Assembly (NCBI GenBank): GCA_964016885.1
Contig: OZ024741.1
Span: 349,556,001-349,620,000, forward strand
Direction of reading: 5' to 3'
DNA: 64,000 nucleotides
Source: Eledone cirrhosa
Lineage: Eukaryota
The notes beneath the pieces are model-generated. The model was not told the origin of the DNA. It searched no databases and saw only the letters and a program-made list of their open reading frames with translations. Positions 43,354 through 58,038 of this stretch are shown piece by piece. A program made the position numbers and the translations under genes. Every line of letters starts with the position of its first letter. The first letter of the stretch is position 1.

Positions 43354-43475
43354 ATTTACACCAACCTCTGTAATTCTTTTCTTTTTTGTTTCATCTTACT
43401 GGTTGCAGTCATTAGACTGAGCCCATGCTGAGGCTTTATACATATATGTATATATATATATATATATATATTTAA

Positions 43476-43506
<31 letters not shown>

Positions 43507-43528
43507 AACATATATATATATATATTTA

Positions 43529-43576
<48 letters not shown>

Positions 43577-43577
43577 A

Positions 43578-43656
<79 letters not shown>

Positions 43657-44142
43657 AACATATATATACATATACTTTCATAAATCTATTTTTTGTGTAT
43701 ATACGTATATATTGGCCAGTCTATCTCTCGTAAAAATAAACTAATGGTGGCGTGGTGGTGGCAGTTTCCATTAGCAGCATTTGTCTGTACAATGGGCAAA
43801 CTGTTGACGGTCTGATAGATGATATCTATGTCTATTGACAGTAATAATATAATTAGGTTTGTTTGTACGAAAGGAAAATGCTCAGTATCCACACGCGTGT
43901 GTGTATTTGTGTGGGAATATCAAATTCTGTGTACTTGTGCATATATATATTTATATGTATATGAATATAAAGATGTATATTTATAAAAACAAGCAGAAAT
44001 ACATACATGTATAAGTATAACTGAAAGGTAGAGTTAATAAATATATATAAATATATAAATATATACTCATGTATAAGTATATATGTATATGCACATATAT
44101 ATATATATGTGTGTGTGTGTATATATACATATATATATATAC

Positions 44143-44173
<31 letters not shown>

Positions 44174-44221
44174 CATATATAAATATATACTCATGTATAA
44201 GTAAATATTTATATGCACACT

Positions 44222-44252
<31 letters not shown>

Positions 44253-44599
44253 CATCACTTCCTCTGGCTTTTGTGTGCTTCAATTTTTTAATTATTTTTT
44301 TAATTATTTATTTATCTTTTAGTATTATTATTTTAATTTTACTTTATTATTATTATATTTTTTAACTAGCGTTAAATGCTTTATTTGTTTCTGTGTGCCC
44401 TCATGTGCCTCCGCCCCTTGTGAGAAAATCTGCCTATATCCTGATATGTAGCTGTAATTTTGAATAACAACGCCATTACGCATTCTCTCCATCCTTTCCA
44501 TTTCCGATCTCCCCATTATTATCCTCTACTGTATATCTAATGCTCGTGTGACTAAGCTTGGTAGAGCTTATACTCAGCACTATATTTTTTGTTTATAAA

Positions 44600-44644
44600 G
44601 CTCTGATGAATCCTTCCCCATGGTATGGATGAAACATTGTCAGC
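44600..44644 (+). ncRNA. Intact type I hammerhead motif
   Basis: GCT-CTGATGA-ATCC(13 nt)GGAT-GAAAC-ATT-GTC-AGC. Predicted cut after 44641; AATAAA at 44646. Confidence 0.82.
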
Positions 44645-44788
44645 AAATAAAAATTGTATGAGTATGTAGGCGTTCTTTGATTTCTTTTACATATAACGGC
44701 TCTGTTCTTGAAAATTGAGCTAATACAATACTGTCACAAATACGACACGGTGCAGGTGCGTTTATGCACATGCGCTCCGGTGTCTACG

Positions 44789-44859
<71 letters not shown>

Positions 44860-44861
<2 letters not shown>

Positions 44862-44990
44862 GATGATTTCTAATGAATGAAACAGTTCTAGTCCTGTAGA
44901 ATCTCATCTATATTAAAACTGTTATACTCTGCTATGTATTGAGTACCTTACTTACTGTGGTTACCTCCGATTCAACCCGGAATAACGTAT
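44860..44990 (+). mobile_element. Family D element starting exactly at a hammerhead core
   Basis: (TA)n-CTGATGA-TTTC(taat)GAAT-GAAAC-A-GTT...tail-(TA)n. Confidence 0.72.
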
Positions 44991-45034
44991 ATATATATAT
45001 ATATATATATATTTATTTATACACATATATATGC

Positions 45035-45066
<32 letters not shown>

Positions 45067-45189
45067 CCGAGTGTGTGTACTCACCCAACTAGAAATATTT
45101 AGCATCGCGGTACAAGTTAGTTATAAATGAGCATGGTACCACCGTTTGTGACTTAACCGTGGGTCAAGACACTAAAGGCTCCGGATCTT

Positions 45190-45780
45190 ACCAACATCAG
45201 ACACATTTAAACAGATGGCCCAGCCCTGGATTGATCATGTTTTGATTCGCGTCCTACCAGCAAAGCACACGCGTCAGCTTTTTGTAATCTCAAGCTACCT
45301 GGTGGCTTTCTGTTCGACTTTGATCGCGGATTTTTGTACAGGTCAGTTTAAGGATATCGCAGCACAGAGTGAGAATTCTACAGATCTTCTACATCAACCC
45401 CAGAGCGCCTATTCCGGCTTCTTTGTTGGCGCTTCACCACCAGCTTTTATTATATCCTGCGTTTCCCCTCGTTAGTTTCTTCCTAGGTTGCTGTCATTTC
45501 CTGAATGATCAGTTAGTTTGTCACCTCAGTGATAGCGTTCAGGCTTAGGGGACGCAATCTTAATACGATAGGCTGTGGAAATTTCATCCACTTGCCCATT
45601 TCAAAGTGCAGCTGCCAGTCAGCGAGCGTGTAACATTACGTCCTTGTTTTGGTTGTTGATAGGGATTCCCTCCGTCTTTAGTTTCTATTTGTGCCGATTT
45701 GTCTATGTTTCCAGCAACCACCCTTCCATGACTAGGTTTCCTCACACGTATTTCCGAGCCCTCGATAGTAATCAAGCATT
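45190..45780 (-). mobile_element. Probable Hero/NeSL-type REL LINE remnant
   Basis: Minus-strand DWQLHFEMGKWMKFPQPIVLRLRP resembles the 'DW...DL....FP..I...LRPD' REL lead-in. Heavily decayed. Confidence 0.5.
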
Positions 45781-45934
45781 GAATTAGCTATTCTTAGTGG
45801 ACATTTTATTTATTTTCAGGTGTCACTGGCTACGCCAGTTTATCTATTGGAAAGCTATAATCTAAATGTAGCCACCATTCAAGCGCATACATATACATTT
45901 CCATATAAATAGATATACACCCACATGTATATGT

Positions 45935-45979
<45 letters not shown>

Positions 45980-45987
<8 letters not shown>

Positions 45988-46140
45988 CAAACAGAAATAA
46001 CAAAGCAAACGACACAGTACAATGAAGAAATATATTCACTTTACACTTGACACAGTAGGAAAAGAGTCTTAACGCTTTGGTCTCCATTCCTTCATCAGAA
46101 AATAGAATGAGAAATTAAAAGAATAGAAGGATAGGGGAGA
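45980..46140 (-). mobile_element. Family C element with degenerate hammerhead (46066-46100)
   Basis: Minus strand: CTGATGAAGG...CCAAAGCGTTAAGA; the tail runs into (CA)n. Confidence 0.68.
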
Positions 46141-46657
46141 GTGGGCATTTGGCAAAAACAGGAGAAGGAGTAAAATCGTTTTGTTTATAGAACGTGTTTG
46201 TTTTGTGTGTTTCTTCTTTCTCCTTACGAAGCTAAGAGGGCATGGGTGTGTATATAAATATAAGTTTAAGAGTGAGCGAGAGAGACATTTTTTTAGCACC
46301 ACGACTACGAACTTCTCTACAGAGCCAAAATCGCCTTCGCAACTAAAAGTAGGGTAATATCCTGAAATATCATGCTAACATACTGAGTAAGGCATCACTT
46401 TGTTTTGTTTTGTTTCATTTATCATTTGCCTTTAGTATTATTCTACCGCATTGTACCGGCTTTAAAAACAATTATCGAAGGCATGGTATAAATTTCCAAT
46501 CATTATAATCACGACACATGTTTCAATAAGAGATAGATCGATCGTGTAGCCATGATCGATTATCACTGGACTCGTCAGGTGAAAATGAATTGTCTTCAAA
46601 TCCTTGATATGAGGGAGAAAATTAACGGTGTTCACTCACAGAGTTTAGTCCCTCATA

Positions 46658-46712
<55 letters not shown>

Positions 46713-46892
46713 CAGTAACAGGGAACATGCCAACTTCTATTTTAGCTGCTACTGCCACCAAACCAGCAAGGAGAAGAAAATTAAATGAAAATGTGAACTT
46801 TTTTATATATATCTGCAAACTATGTTCTCTAATACCCTCCTCTACTTAATATACACCTTAATTTTATTATATAGTTTTTATCATATTTCCTG

Positions 46893-46936
46893 TAGCATGA
46901 AGAAGCCGAAATAATTATCGTCTGAAACCGGTACGA
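46893..46936 (+). ncRNA. Degenerate hammerhead motif
   Basis: (CA)TGAAGA-AGCCGA(aataatta)TCGTCT-GAAAC-CG-GTA-CGA, then TAAA. Confidence 0.5.
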
Positions 46937-47027
46937 TAAAGTACTTTTTAAAAAAATGTTTTACTGTTATTCTATGAGAAAATCCTTTTAGCATTTTCGA
47001 CTCTTTTTTTTATATTCCTAACATATA

Positions 47028-47087
<60 letters not shown>

Positions 47088-47596
47088 CTCTGTGTGTGTG
47101 TGTGTGGATATATATATATATACGGGTACGTGCTTAAAAATTGGCTGATTGTAGAAAATATAAGAGGTGGTAATGTGCACATGGAGTTGTCATGGTATAG
47201 CCGACGTAGGTGGTGACAAGGAGGACATTAATAAAACTATATCCTTCTTTTCTTGTTTATATTATATTAATACTTATTTCTTTTATTTCCATTATATCTC
47301 TGTTTATTACTTAATCTTTTTCTTTTGTGGAGAAGCTATTTTGTTCTTTCCTTTGTTTACATTCTTTCCTTCTTTCCCTGTTCTCAGGCAGATACATTTT
47401 TTAGACAAGGTGTGGGATTTTTTTTCATTTGCTTTCATTTATATTTATTTTTATTTTCTAGTGTCACCAATATATGTATATGTATATATGTGTATGTGAA
47501 TATGTATGCATATATGTGTGCATGTTTGTGTGTCTATGATTCTGTGTGTAAAAATCTGTGAGTGCATATAGATGTACACACTCACATGTATGTATG

Positions 47597-47647
<51 letters not shown>

Positions 47648-47811
47648 TCGCACATATGTATATATATATATATTTATTTATATATGTGTGTATAATATAT
47701 ATGTATATGTGTATGTATATATTATATATATTTTATATATATATATATATATATATTAAAATTAAAATACAAATATTAATAAAATAGATGTTCTTTTGAT
47801 CAATTAAGTTT

Positions 47812-47856
47812 TATTATACATATTTCAGAGGTACAACAGTACGTCCCCATCAGACA
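47812..47856 (-). ncRNA. Degenerate hammerhead motif
   Basis: Minus strand: CTGATGG-GGACGTAC(tgtt)GTACCTCT-GAAAT-AT-GTA-T-AATAAA. Confidence 0.4.
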
Positions 47857-47936
47857 AAATATAATGATACATGACATACCCTGAGATGTTAAATGGTTAA
47901 GATGTAATCAAGGTAGTGATATATCTTTAATATATA

Positions 47937-48008
<72 letters not shown>

Positions 48009-48049
48009 TTCACTTTTTCAATGTTATATATATATGTATGTAACTATCT

Positions 48050-48424
48050 ATCTAGGGCGGGTAATATCCAGCGTTCTCTGTCCTTCATCATCGCCGCCAT
48101 GTCCTGCGTCCCCCAGAGACCAGTATCTGTCCTTAGGGCATCAATATTTCTCAACCTCGGTCTCCATCTTCTAGAGTGTCCGTGTAGGGACTCCCACAAG
48201 AGCATTGAGTGCAGCACCAACTCTGAATGACGGTGAACATGTCCATCTAACCTCAGTCTCATCTGTGTTACTTTTGAGCTGACTTCTGGGAGGCTCCCGT
48301 ACAGCTCTGAGTTTTTCATCCTCAGTGTATAGTGAGTAATGTTCAGAGTCATCCTCAGCATTCTCATGTAGCACCCATCCACCATCTGAGTAAGTGTCTT
48401 GGTCAGTGTCCAAGTCTCAGACCC

Positions 48425-48426
<2 letters not shown>
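48050..48426 (-). mobile_element. RTE-clade LINE 3' fragment
   Basis: YGSETWTLTK...GCYMRMLRMTLNI...LRLDGHVHRH...MKDRERW in one open frame; the 5' junction lies in (TA)n. Confidence 0.9.
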
Positions 48427-48473
<47 letters not shown>

Positions 48474-49092
48474 AGAAGGTAGTACAGCATAATCGAAGCT
48501 CTGGTTGCGGGCAAGCTAACGTATGCTGTCGGGAAGTGCAGCTAAAATCACTCAATAAGGAATTTAACCTTAGAGTTATAACATTACGTTTAGACAGCTA
48601 TGCAAATTGAAAACAGCGACCGAAATGCGAGCCCCTAAGACCAGAACAACGAAAGAAACCGACTCAGGGAAATGTTTGACAATTACCTGGACCATCGTGG
48701 ATATATTACATAATACTATATAACATCTCCACTAGGTTTCTGTAAATCTGAAATCAACAAAATCCATTTGCAGGGGCCTGCAAGTTAATTGGTCTTTGGA
48801 AGAGAGAACAGTGGAATTTACTTCGTCAACAAGTTTTCGTTCTGCCGCCGCCGGTTGCAAGAACTAGTAGTAAACACTGCTAGTAGTCACGTGGTTTTCA
48901 AAATTTGACAAAGGATTTAAATCCTATACACAAACCGAATGAAAGTTCTCAACTAGATGTTATTAAACAAACATAAACAATTAACCAATCAATAGAATTG
49001 TCTAATTAAATTAATTAATTAATCATTAAGTCTAGGAGGTAATAATACAAGAAGGTAGTACAGCATAATCGAAGAGTGCTGTCGGGAAGTGA

Positions 49093-49280
49093 GGAAAATG
49101 TTTAACCCCGACGGCAGAGCTGAAGCCGTTTCGACGGCAATTTCTGTCCAGAAATAGCCGTCGAAACGGCTTGAGCTCTGCCGTCAGGGTTAAATATTTT
49201 CCTATTACCCACTCTACTACCCTAATATTGAGCACTCTGGTGCGTTATGGTCCATCTGATTCCTTATCACAGCTCCTTCG

Positions 49281-49283
<3 letters not shown>
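49093..49283 (+). mobile_element. Family E element with ~50-bp fold-back (49093-49146 / 49149-49203)
   Basis: The inverted arms are directly visible. The tail is shared with 15481 and 36320 and ends in (TA)n. Confidence 0.85.
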
Positions 49284-49330
<47 letters not shown>

Positions 49331-50159
49331 CCACTGGTACACAGACACAGACACAGACTCCCCCTCACACACACACCTAGACGCACATTATATATATATA
49401 TACATGCATGTGTTTGTATGTGTGTTTATATAAAATCTGCATGTTTACAAGATGGACGCAAATTTAAAATTCGAAACTTCAGATTTATCGGTGGGGTAAG
49501 TCACGCACGTAGCTGAAAGTATAATGAACTCTTTGAATTCTCTTTGTGTCATTCTTTGTGCTAACTCTGTCGACCAGGTAATTTCCGTAGTTATATAGAA
49601 CTACTGTTAAATAATCTATAACTTACAGTTCCTGCCAAGATCCTTTTAAATAAATTCTATGAAACGCAACTCATAATATATACGTGTGTGTGTGTGTGTG
49701 TTTGTATATATGTTTGTATATATACACAGTAGGACTGGGAAAATATAGTTATAGAGAACGTTCTTTAATTTTGCTGGCCCCGGGAGATTCTCCGGGAAAG
49801 GTGGCGCAGTGATATGACGGTTGCGTGAGACTTGTATTAGTGTCCTGCTATAGATATCGCGTGTTTCTGCTAGTCCTTCATTCCATTGCCGGCGTCGCCT
49901 TCCTCTGGCTTTGAAATACGGAAATTAAGTGTTATAACTAAGTGCATAGCTAAGTGCACAGGCAGCTGGACGATTGACATTCTTATAAGGTATCCAAACC
50001 ATCTTACTCATGTTTTATTTATTTTCTTTTTTAATTATGAACTTTGTGATAGGTAAGGCACCAGCCACTTTCCAAATCACTTCCTTTCTTATTTGCTAGT
50101 TTTTGATTTTGCCAGCTGCTTGGCCGGAGACATCTCAACTCACGGGTTGTGTGTTTACA

Positions 50160-51260
50160 GTCTTTTGTTCATAGACCCAGCTTTGTACTAGTACTGATAA
50201 TTTTGTTGATTACTGAAGGGATAGTGTGTTTCATATTTAAAGGGGAAACTTTTATAATTTGACATAACCTCTTGTCGATTGCTTTCTGAGTTTTCATACA
50301 AACTACACACAAAAAAATACGATTTGGGGAAATATTTTGAGGTTGCACAGTTTGTTGTTTTTGAATACTATGCAAAAAAAAAGTACTTTAATGCTTGTTG
50401 ATTGTAGTTACTTGTTGCCAGTTTGCAAGTATGTAGAAATAATTTTACATCGGTGATTTGTTTTCTTTGTTCGTTCAAAGATTAAGTATTTCATATCACT
50501 TTGATGAGGTGAACTTCTTGATATTTGTTTTAATAATTCAACAAGATAATGAGTCAACACTAAGGTTCTAATGCAAGATTCATTGCGTTGTTGGTTCAGT
50601 GCTAATTTTGTTGGCAAGTAATAAACACGCTGGCTTTCGTTAACTTCCATCCGTTGTTATAAAGTTATGAAATAATTTTCTTGCCTTTTGATTTTCATTA
50701 CTTGAATGGATTGCAGAAATGTAAGAACTCAAAGGCTTGTTAAAATAAAATTAATTGATTGATTTTGCATTACATCTTTCCCAGCAAATAAGAAAAGTGG
50801 AAACCAGAAAGGTCATATGGCAGCTTGAGAAAAAGCCCGAAGGGGAGTTACCTCAGATTCGACTCCCCTCCAAACAACAAGTGCTCTTGTGTTTTCTCTA
50901 CCGTCACGTCGATCTCAGGGAAATACTTTCAGTTGCCGTATGTATTCTACCATATCTAGAAATCCGCTCCGAGCCAGAGCTTCATACAAATATGTGGAAT
51001 GGTCGGTGATAATATGTTCGTTAGCTGATAAATGTGAAAGCCTCAATGAGATATTTTTGACTACATTTGTAGTTATGCTAGCTAGATGGTTAGAATGTTT
51101 ATTAGTGAAATTTAAAGTGTGATTAGGCTTTCTATATAGGTGATAAAAGCCGTTCGACATATTAAGTATAACATCGGGGAAATTTATCACAGATAAGTGA
51201 GCGTCCATAACAAGAATTTTTTCTTTCTGCTTCACTTAATGGCGTAGTTATATATTTCAT
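50160..51260 (-). pseudogene. Decayed Penelope-like reverse transcriptase (thumb region)
   Basis: INFPDVILNMSNGFYHLYRKPNHTLNFTNKHSNH...KNISLRLSHLS matches the PLE RT 'FLDV...YRKP...SNHP' region. Boundaries are approximate and it is probably interrupted near 50750-50930. Confidence 0.75.
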
Positions 51261-51459
51261 TCCCTCGGCATACATTTCGCCGTATCTCAAGATAACTTGT
51301 CTTTCTATTTTTCAAAGGCAATATTTGGTCATTATTCTGTAATTGCATCCATGGATTGTTATTTCTCAGTTTCAGAAGATCCCGGCATAGAGTGAAAGCA
51401 GAAAATGTTTGCTTAAACTTTTGATATGTGCTTATAATAGATATTTGCTCTACGGGCTT

Positions 51460-51530
<71 letters not shown>

Positions 51531-51558
51531 AGGTTACACAACAGTTAGTTCACCATAC

Positions 51559-51596
51559 CGAGAACAATTGTTTCACCTTCGCGGATCTTCAGCTCG
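51559..51596 (-). ncRNA. Type I hammerhead motif forming most of a ~70-bp insert in (TA)n
   Basis: Minus strand: CGAG-CTGAAGA-T-CC(gcgaa)GG-T-GAAAC-AATT-GTT-CTCG. Confidence 0.75.
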
Positions 51597-51880
51597 TATA
51601 TATATATATATATATACATACAACCCTTTTCGACACCTCTCTGGGTTTTGGTCTTCGTATTTATAATTACTAATATATATATATATATCCACCCGATTCT
51701 TTTTATCCCAATAATTTATTTTAGTTATTGTTCGCGCTGGCATGGGGTATCTGATCTTTAATCCGAAGAAATACCTATGATGGCCAGAAGATCACTGATG
51801 ATGGATAGTCCTGGCTTCTTATTCTTTTTTTTAATTCATATGTATCACATTCGCAACAACGCAGCACGCCATGTCTCATT

Positions 51881-51915
<35 letters not shown>

Positions 51916-52430
51916 AAGTAAAAAATGAATACATGCATGTGTGTGTGTGTGTGTGTGCGTGTGCGTGTGTGTGTGCGTGTGTGCGTGTGTGTGTGTGTAT
52001 GTGTGTGTGTGTATATGAATGTGTGCGTGTATGTATGTATTTATTAATCTCCCGTCTCACTATCAGCCATTCCTCTCTTTCCGGGGAATTATAATATACC
52101 CATGAATCATAATTCATTCTATCGAAATGTTGATATGACAATCCTCTGCTCGTCGCCATGGACCATAAACTGGAAATACATATTTTAACTTCGAATAGTT
52201 ATCGCTTTTGTCACCCAAAATGTGCTGTAGTAGCTAATGATTGTCTTGGTTAAATTCTGTGTTCAATAACTAGCCATTCATTAGGCAAATATCGTATGTA
52301 TATTAAAAAAAAATATATATGTCTTTCCTAAATGAATTTCCTAAACGAGTAGACGACATTAACAGTACCGATAAACATAAAGTGTAAATGTTGTTTTACT
52401 GCCTTGTTTATGGATACCACTAAACTATAA

Positions 52431-52861
52431 CCCTTTAGCATTTACATTATTATATTTACTATATTTTCACGGTAAGGGCGATGGATTAGCAGTATCAGTA
52501 GAGGGTCGGACACCATGCTTTGCAGTATAGAGTTAGTCCCTTTATGACCTGAGTTCAAATCCCGCCGAGGTTAACTTTGTCTTTCATCTTTACAAGGTTG
52601 ATAAAATAAAGTACCAGTCATGCACTAGGGTGGATTTAATCGACTCCCCTCCTCACCAAAAAAATTGATGGCCTTGTGCCTATATTAGAAACCATTATAT
52701 TTTCACGGTAATTATCTTCCCTAATATTGAATCTATGAGATTTTGGTATTTATTTTGAGAAGAAAACCTTAACATATGTATGAGCAGCCGGTTATGGCCG
52801 GTTTAAACAGAAAGAGGTGAGAGAATTCTGGCCACATATGACCGGTTTAAATACTAAAGGG
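52431..52861. mobile_element. piggyBac-like MITE carrying a SINE insertion
   Basis: Termini (A)TAA-CCCTTTAGCATTTA and TAAATACTAAAGGG-TTAA. Confidence 0.8.
52476..52695 (+). mobile_element. SINE with 16-bp TSD
   Basis: TATATTTTCACGGTAA at 52460-52475 and 52696-52711. Confidence 0.92.
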
Positions 52862-53244
52862 TTAAAGTTAATTTCAGACGTTTTTACTGGAAGTGTTTTC
52901 ATTCACTAAGAAGACAGTTTTGTGGAATATGAAGTGGGCTATGAGGAAATGCATGAGTTTCTTAATATTAGCGATGTGAGCCGAAATAGCTTGAACTGAC
53001 TATAGAAACAACATAGAATTGTCAACTTGCTCTGGGCTTTCCTCGTGTTCTAATTGTTTTGAAACCTCAGTCCTCACGTTTTCTGCTTATTCTAATATAC
53101 ACATGTATATAATCTTATGTACACTCCTTTTTATAAATACATTGGTATTGTTTAATTAATGTACATATCATATATGTACAAGTTTATTTATGTTTAGATA
53201 AATATTAATGTGTATAGATTGTTCCCATTCTCTGCACCCCCCCC

Positions 53245-53344
<100 letters not shown>

Positions 53345-53777
53345 TACAGAGTGTAAATGTGTGTGTATGTTAAGACGTCTCAGTGGACCCGGAACTATTC
53401 TTGTGTTCAAAGACATTTATGTAATGGCATGTTTACAAAGGTAAGCAATGAACTATTTGACAGTTTCCAAAGACGCACCAATAACATCTTGCTAACTGCA
53501 GTTGTAACACGCCACGGTTAGTAAAGTGCCAGACTCCGTCGATTTTGGAATGTTTGTTTAACTGGGTGTGTCTCCAACTCAGCCAAAACTAATGGCTGCC
53601 AAATTCTTTTTTTCTCTCCCGCTTTCATTTTACTTTCATTCTTCCATTTCTAGCTTCCTTTTTTTTCTCTCTTTCCTTCTCTTACTATTAATTTCCTTTC
53701 TTCTCTTCCTTGTCAACTTTCTTGCCTCTCTCTCGAGGGTGTTTTCCATCAGATTTATATTTTTCATAATTTGCCTA

Positions 53778-54287
<510 letters not shown>

Positions 54288-54309
54288 TGTATATATATAT
54301 ATATATATG

Positions 54310-54369
<60 letters not shown>

Positions 54370-54375
54370 TGTATA

Positions 54376-54412
<37 letters not shown>

Positions 54413-54419
54413 GTATATA

Positions 54420-55683
<1,264 letters not shown>

Positions 55684-55753
55684 AATATATATATATATAT
55701 ATTTATTTATTTATTAAATATATATGTATATATTTATTAAATCTGTTATTTTA

Positions 55754-55805
<52 letters not shown>

Positions 55806-55832
55806 GTATGTATATATATATATATATGTAAG

Positions 55833-55913
<81 letters not shown>

Positions 55914-55916
55914 GTA

Positions 55917-55964
<48 letters not shown>

Positions 55965-56037
55965 TATATATACATACATGTATATATATATATATATATA
56001 CATACATATATGTGTATATATATATAAATATATATAT

Positions 56038-56095
<58 letters not shown>

Positions 56096-56212
56096 ATATA
56101 TATATACACATATATGTATGTATATATGTATATATATATATTTATATATATATACACATATATGTATGTATATATATATATATATTTATATATATATACA
56201 CATATATGTATG

Positions 56213-56244
<32 letters not shown>

Positions 56245-56320
56245 CACATATATGTATATATATATATATATATATATAAGTATATATATGTGTGTCTGTG
56301 TGTGTGTATACACATATATG

Positions 56321-56372
<52 letters not shown>

Positions 56373-56531
56373 TATATATATGTGTGTCTGTGTGTGTATA
56401 TATATATATGTATATGTATATGTATATGTATATATATCCAAAATTAAATTAAGGTTGTCATGTCTAAGAGACATGCGCCATATTCACTGCAGAATAAGCT
56501 CAAAGATTCCAATGAATAGATCCAACTATTT

Positions 56532-56855
56532 TATATCAACTAGAAATAGACTGACACATATATATATACAATAAACACATGAAACAATCTCAGGGAATAA
56601 TTTGTAAAGTGTGTAAGCACACATAGCTAGGTAGGTAACTATTTAAAGTTTAACTAGAACTTCAAATATAGATACCTTTTAAAATGATCAATCTCCTTTG
56701 TATATATTTCTTTAAATAAAAAATATATTTCACCAATTAACCAGTAAATCATAGCGGTCAAATCCTGGATGGTCACACACTTTACAAATTATTCCCTGAG
56801 ATTGTTACATGTGTTTATTATATATATATGTGTCAGTCTATTTCTAGTTGATATA
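56532..56855. repeat. Inverted repeat, ~80-bp arms, ~160-bp spacer
   Basis: 56532-56613 versus 56777-56855. Confidence 0.9.
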
Positions 56856-56895
56856 TATGTATATATGTATATATGTGTATATATATCACTAGGCT

Positions 56896-56988
56896 TGTCC
56901 GTCGAACCTGCGGGTCCAGAATCAGACAGATCCACACAATGATCGCGTCTCGAGCTGCCCGCCGGCGAAACAATTGTAACACAATAAA
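56896..56988 (+). ncRNA. Hammerhead-like motif with 61-nt extended stem II (family F relative)
   Basis: TGT-CCGTCGA-ACCTGCGGGT...GCCCGCCGGC-GAAAC-AATT-GTA-ACA-C-AATAAA, inside a ~135-bp insert between TA tracts. Confidence 0.65.
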
Positions 56989-57016
56989 TTGAGTTCAGAT
57001 GCATCACTGATTTTTC

Positions 57017-57108
<92 letters not shown>

Positions 57109-57117
57109 GTGTGTGTG

Positions 57118-57156
<39 letters not shown>

Positions 57157-57850
57157 ATCACCCAATTCCTCATACTATTTTCCAAATTTCACAGTCCCAT
57201 TCAAATTATTCATTAACCTTCATTTTGATCGTTCTTTATCTGTATTTCATTAAATACTTGGTTTGTTTTTACATTGTAATGTATTTTTCTCTTTATCTTC
57301 TGACTTCCTTCTTCCATTCACTGTCTCACACTCCTTACCACTTTATCTAATTCGTTAATTTTCACCCAATTCTTAGTAATAATTTCTTCCTTTTTTTCTA
57401 CTTCTATAGCCCACTTGATAAGAACTCGCTTGCTCTAACGGACTGACTCACACATACACTCATGTTTCTTTGTACACTTTTATACTTTAGTATTTAATAT
57501 ACTTATCCTACACCCTCTTACACATGCACGCGTACACAAGCATATATAGTTTGTTTCATCTAGCTATTTCCATCTCAATAATGTTCTAATAATTATAATT
57601 ACATTTGATGATGTGTTGTAAAGTGTGGAGAGTGAGGTAATACTTGACCAATTTCATCCTCATAGAATCATTGACTTATAGTTCAGTTTTTAGTCACGCG
57701 CTGTTGTATTTCAAATTCACTATACTTGATTTATAGATATACGATTCTTAACCACAATTTCAGGAGATTTTATGACGTGAAACGTTTATTTCCTACATCT
57801 GTCGGGACTATTAATTAACTATTTGTCAATTTCAGTATTATTTATATAAT

Positions 57851-58038
57851 TGTTTCTACTTTTGACACAAGGCCAGCAATTATCCCAGTGTGTTACTGGT
57901 ACTTTATTTTATCGACCCCGTAAGGATGAAAGGCAAAGTTAACCTCGGCGGGATTTGAACTCAGACCATAAAGGGCCGTAACTCTTTGCTGCAAGGCAAG
58001 GCGTCAGACCCTCTACCGATACTGCCAATCGACTGCCT
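57851..58038 (-). mobile_element. SINE with 15-bp TSD
   Basis: TATTATTTATATAAT at 57836-57850 and 58039-58053. Confidence 0.92.

Noticed and set aside
50755-50930. Peptide RLPSKQQVLLCFLYRH, reminiscent of a DNA-transposon-associated protein
   Set aside because: Too short to name a family without a database search.
53384-53440. 57-bp candidate exon ending at AAG/GTAAGC
   Set aside because: Good donor but no polypyrimidine tract at the acceptor, and the peptide WTRNYSCVQRHLCNGMFTK is not recognisable.
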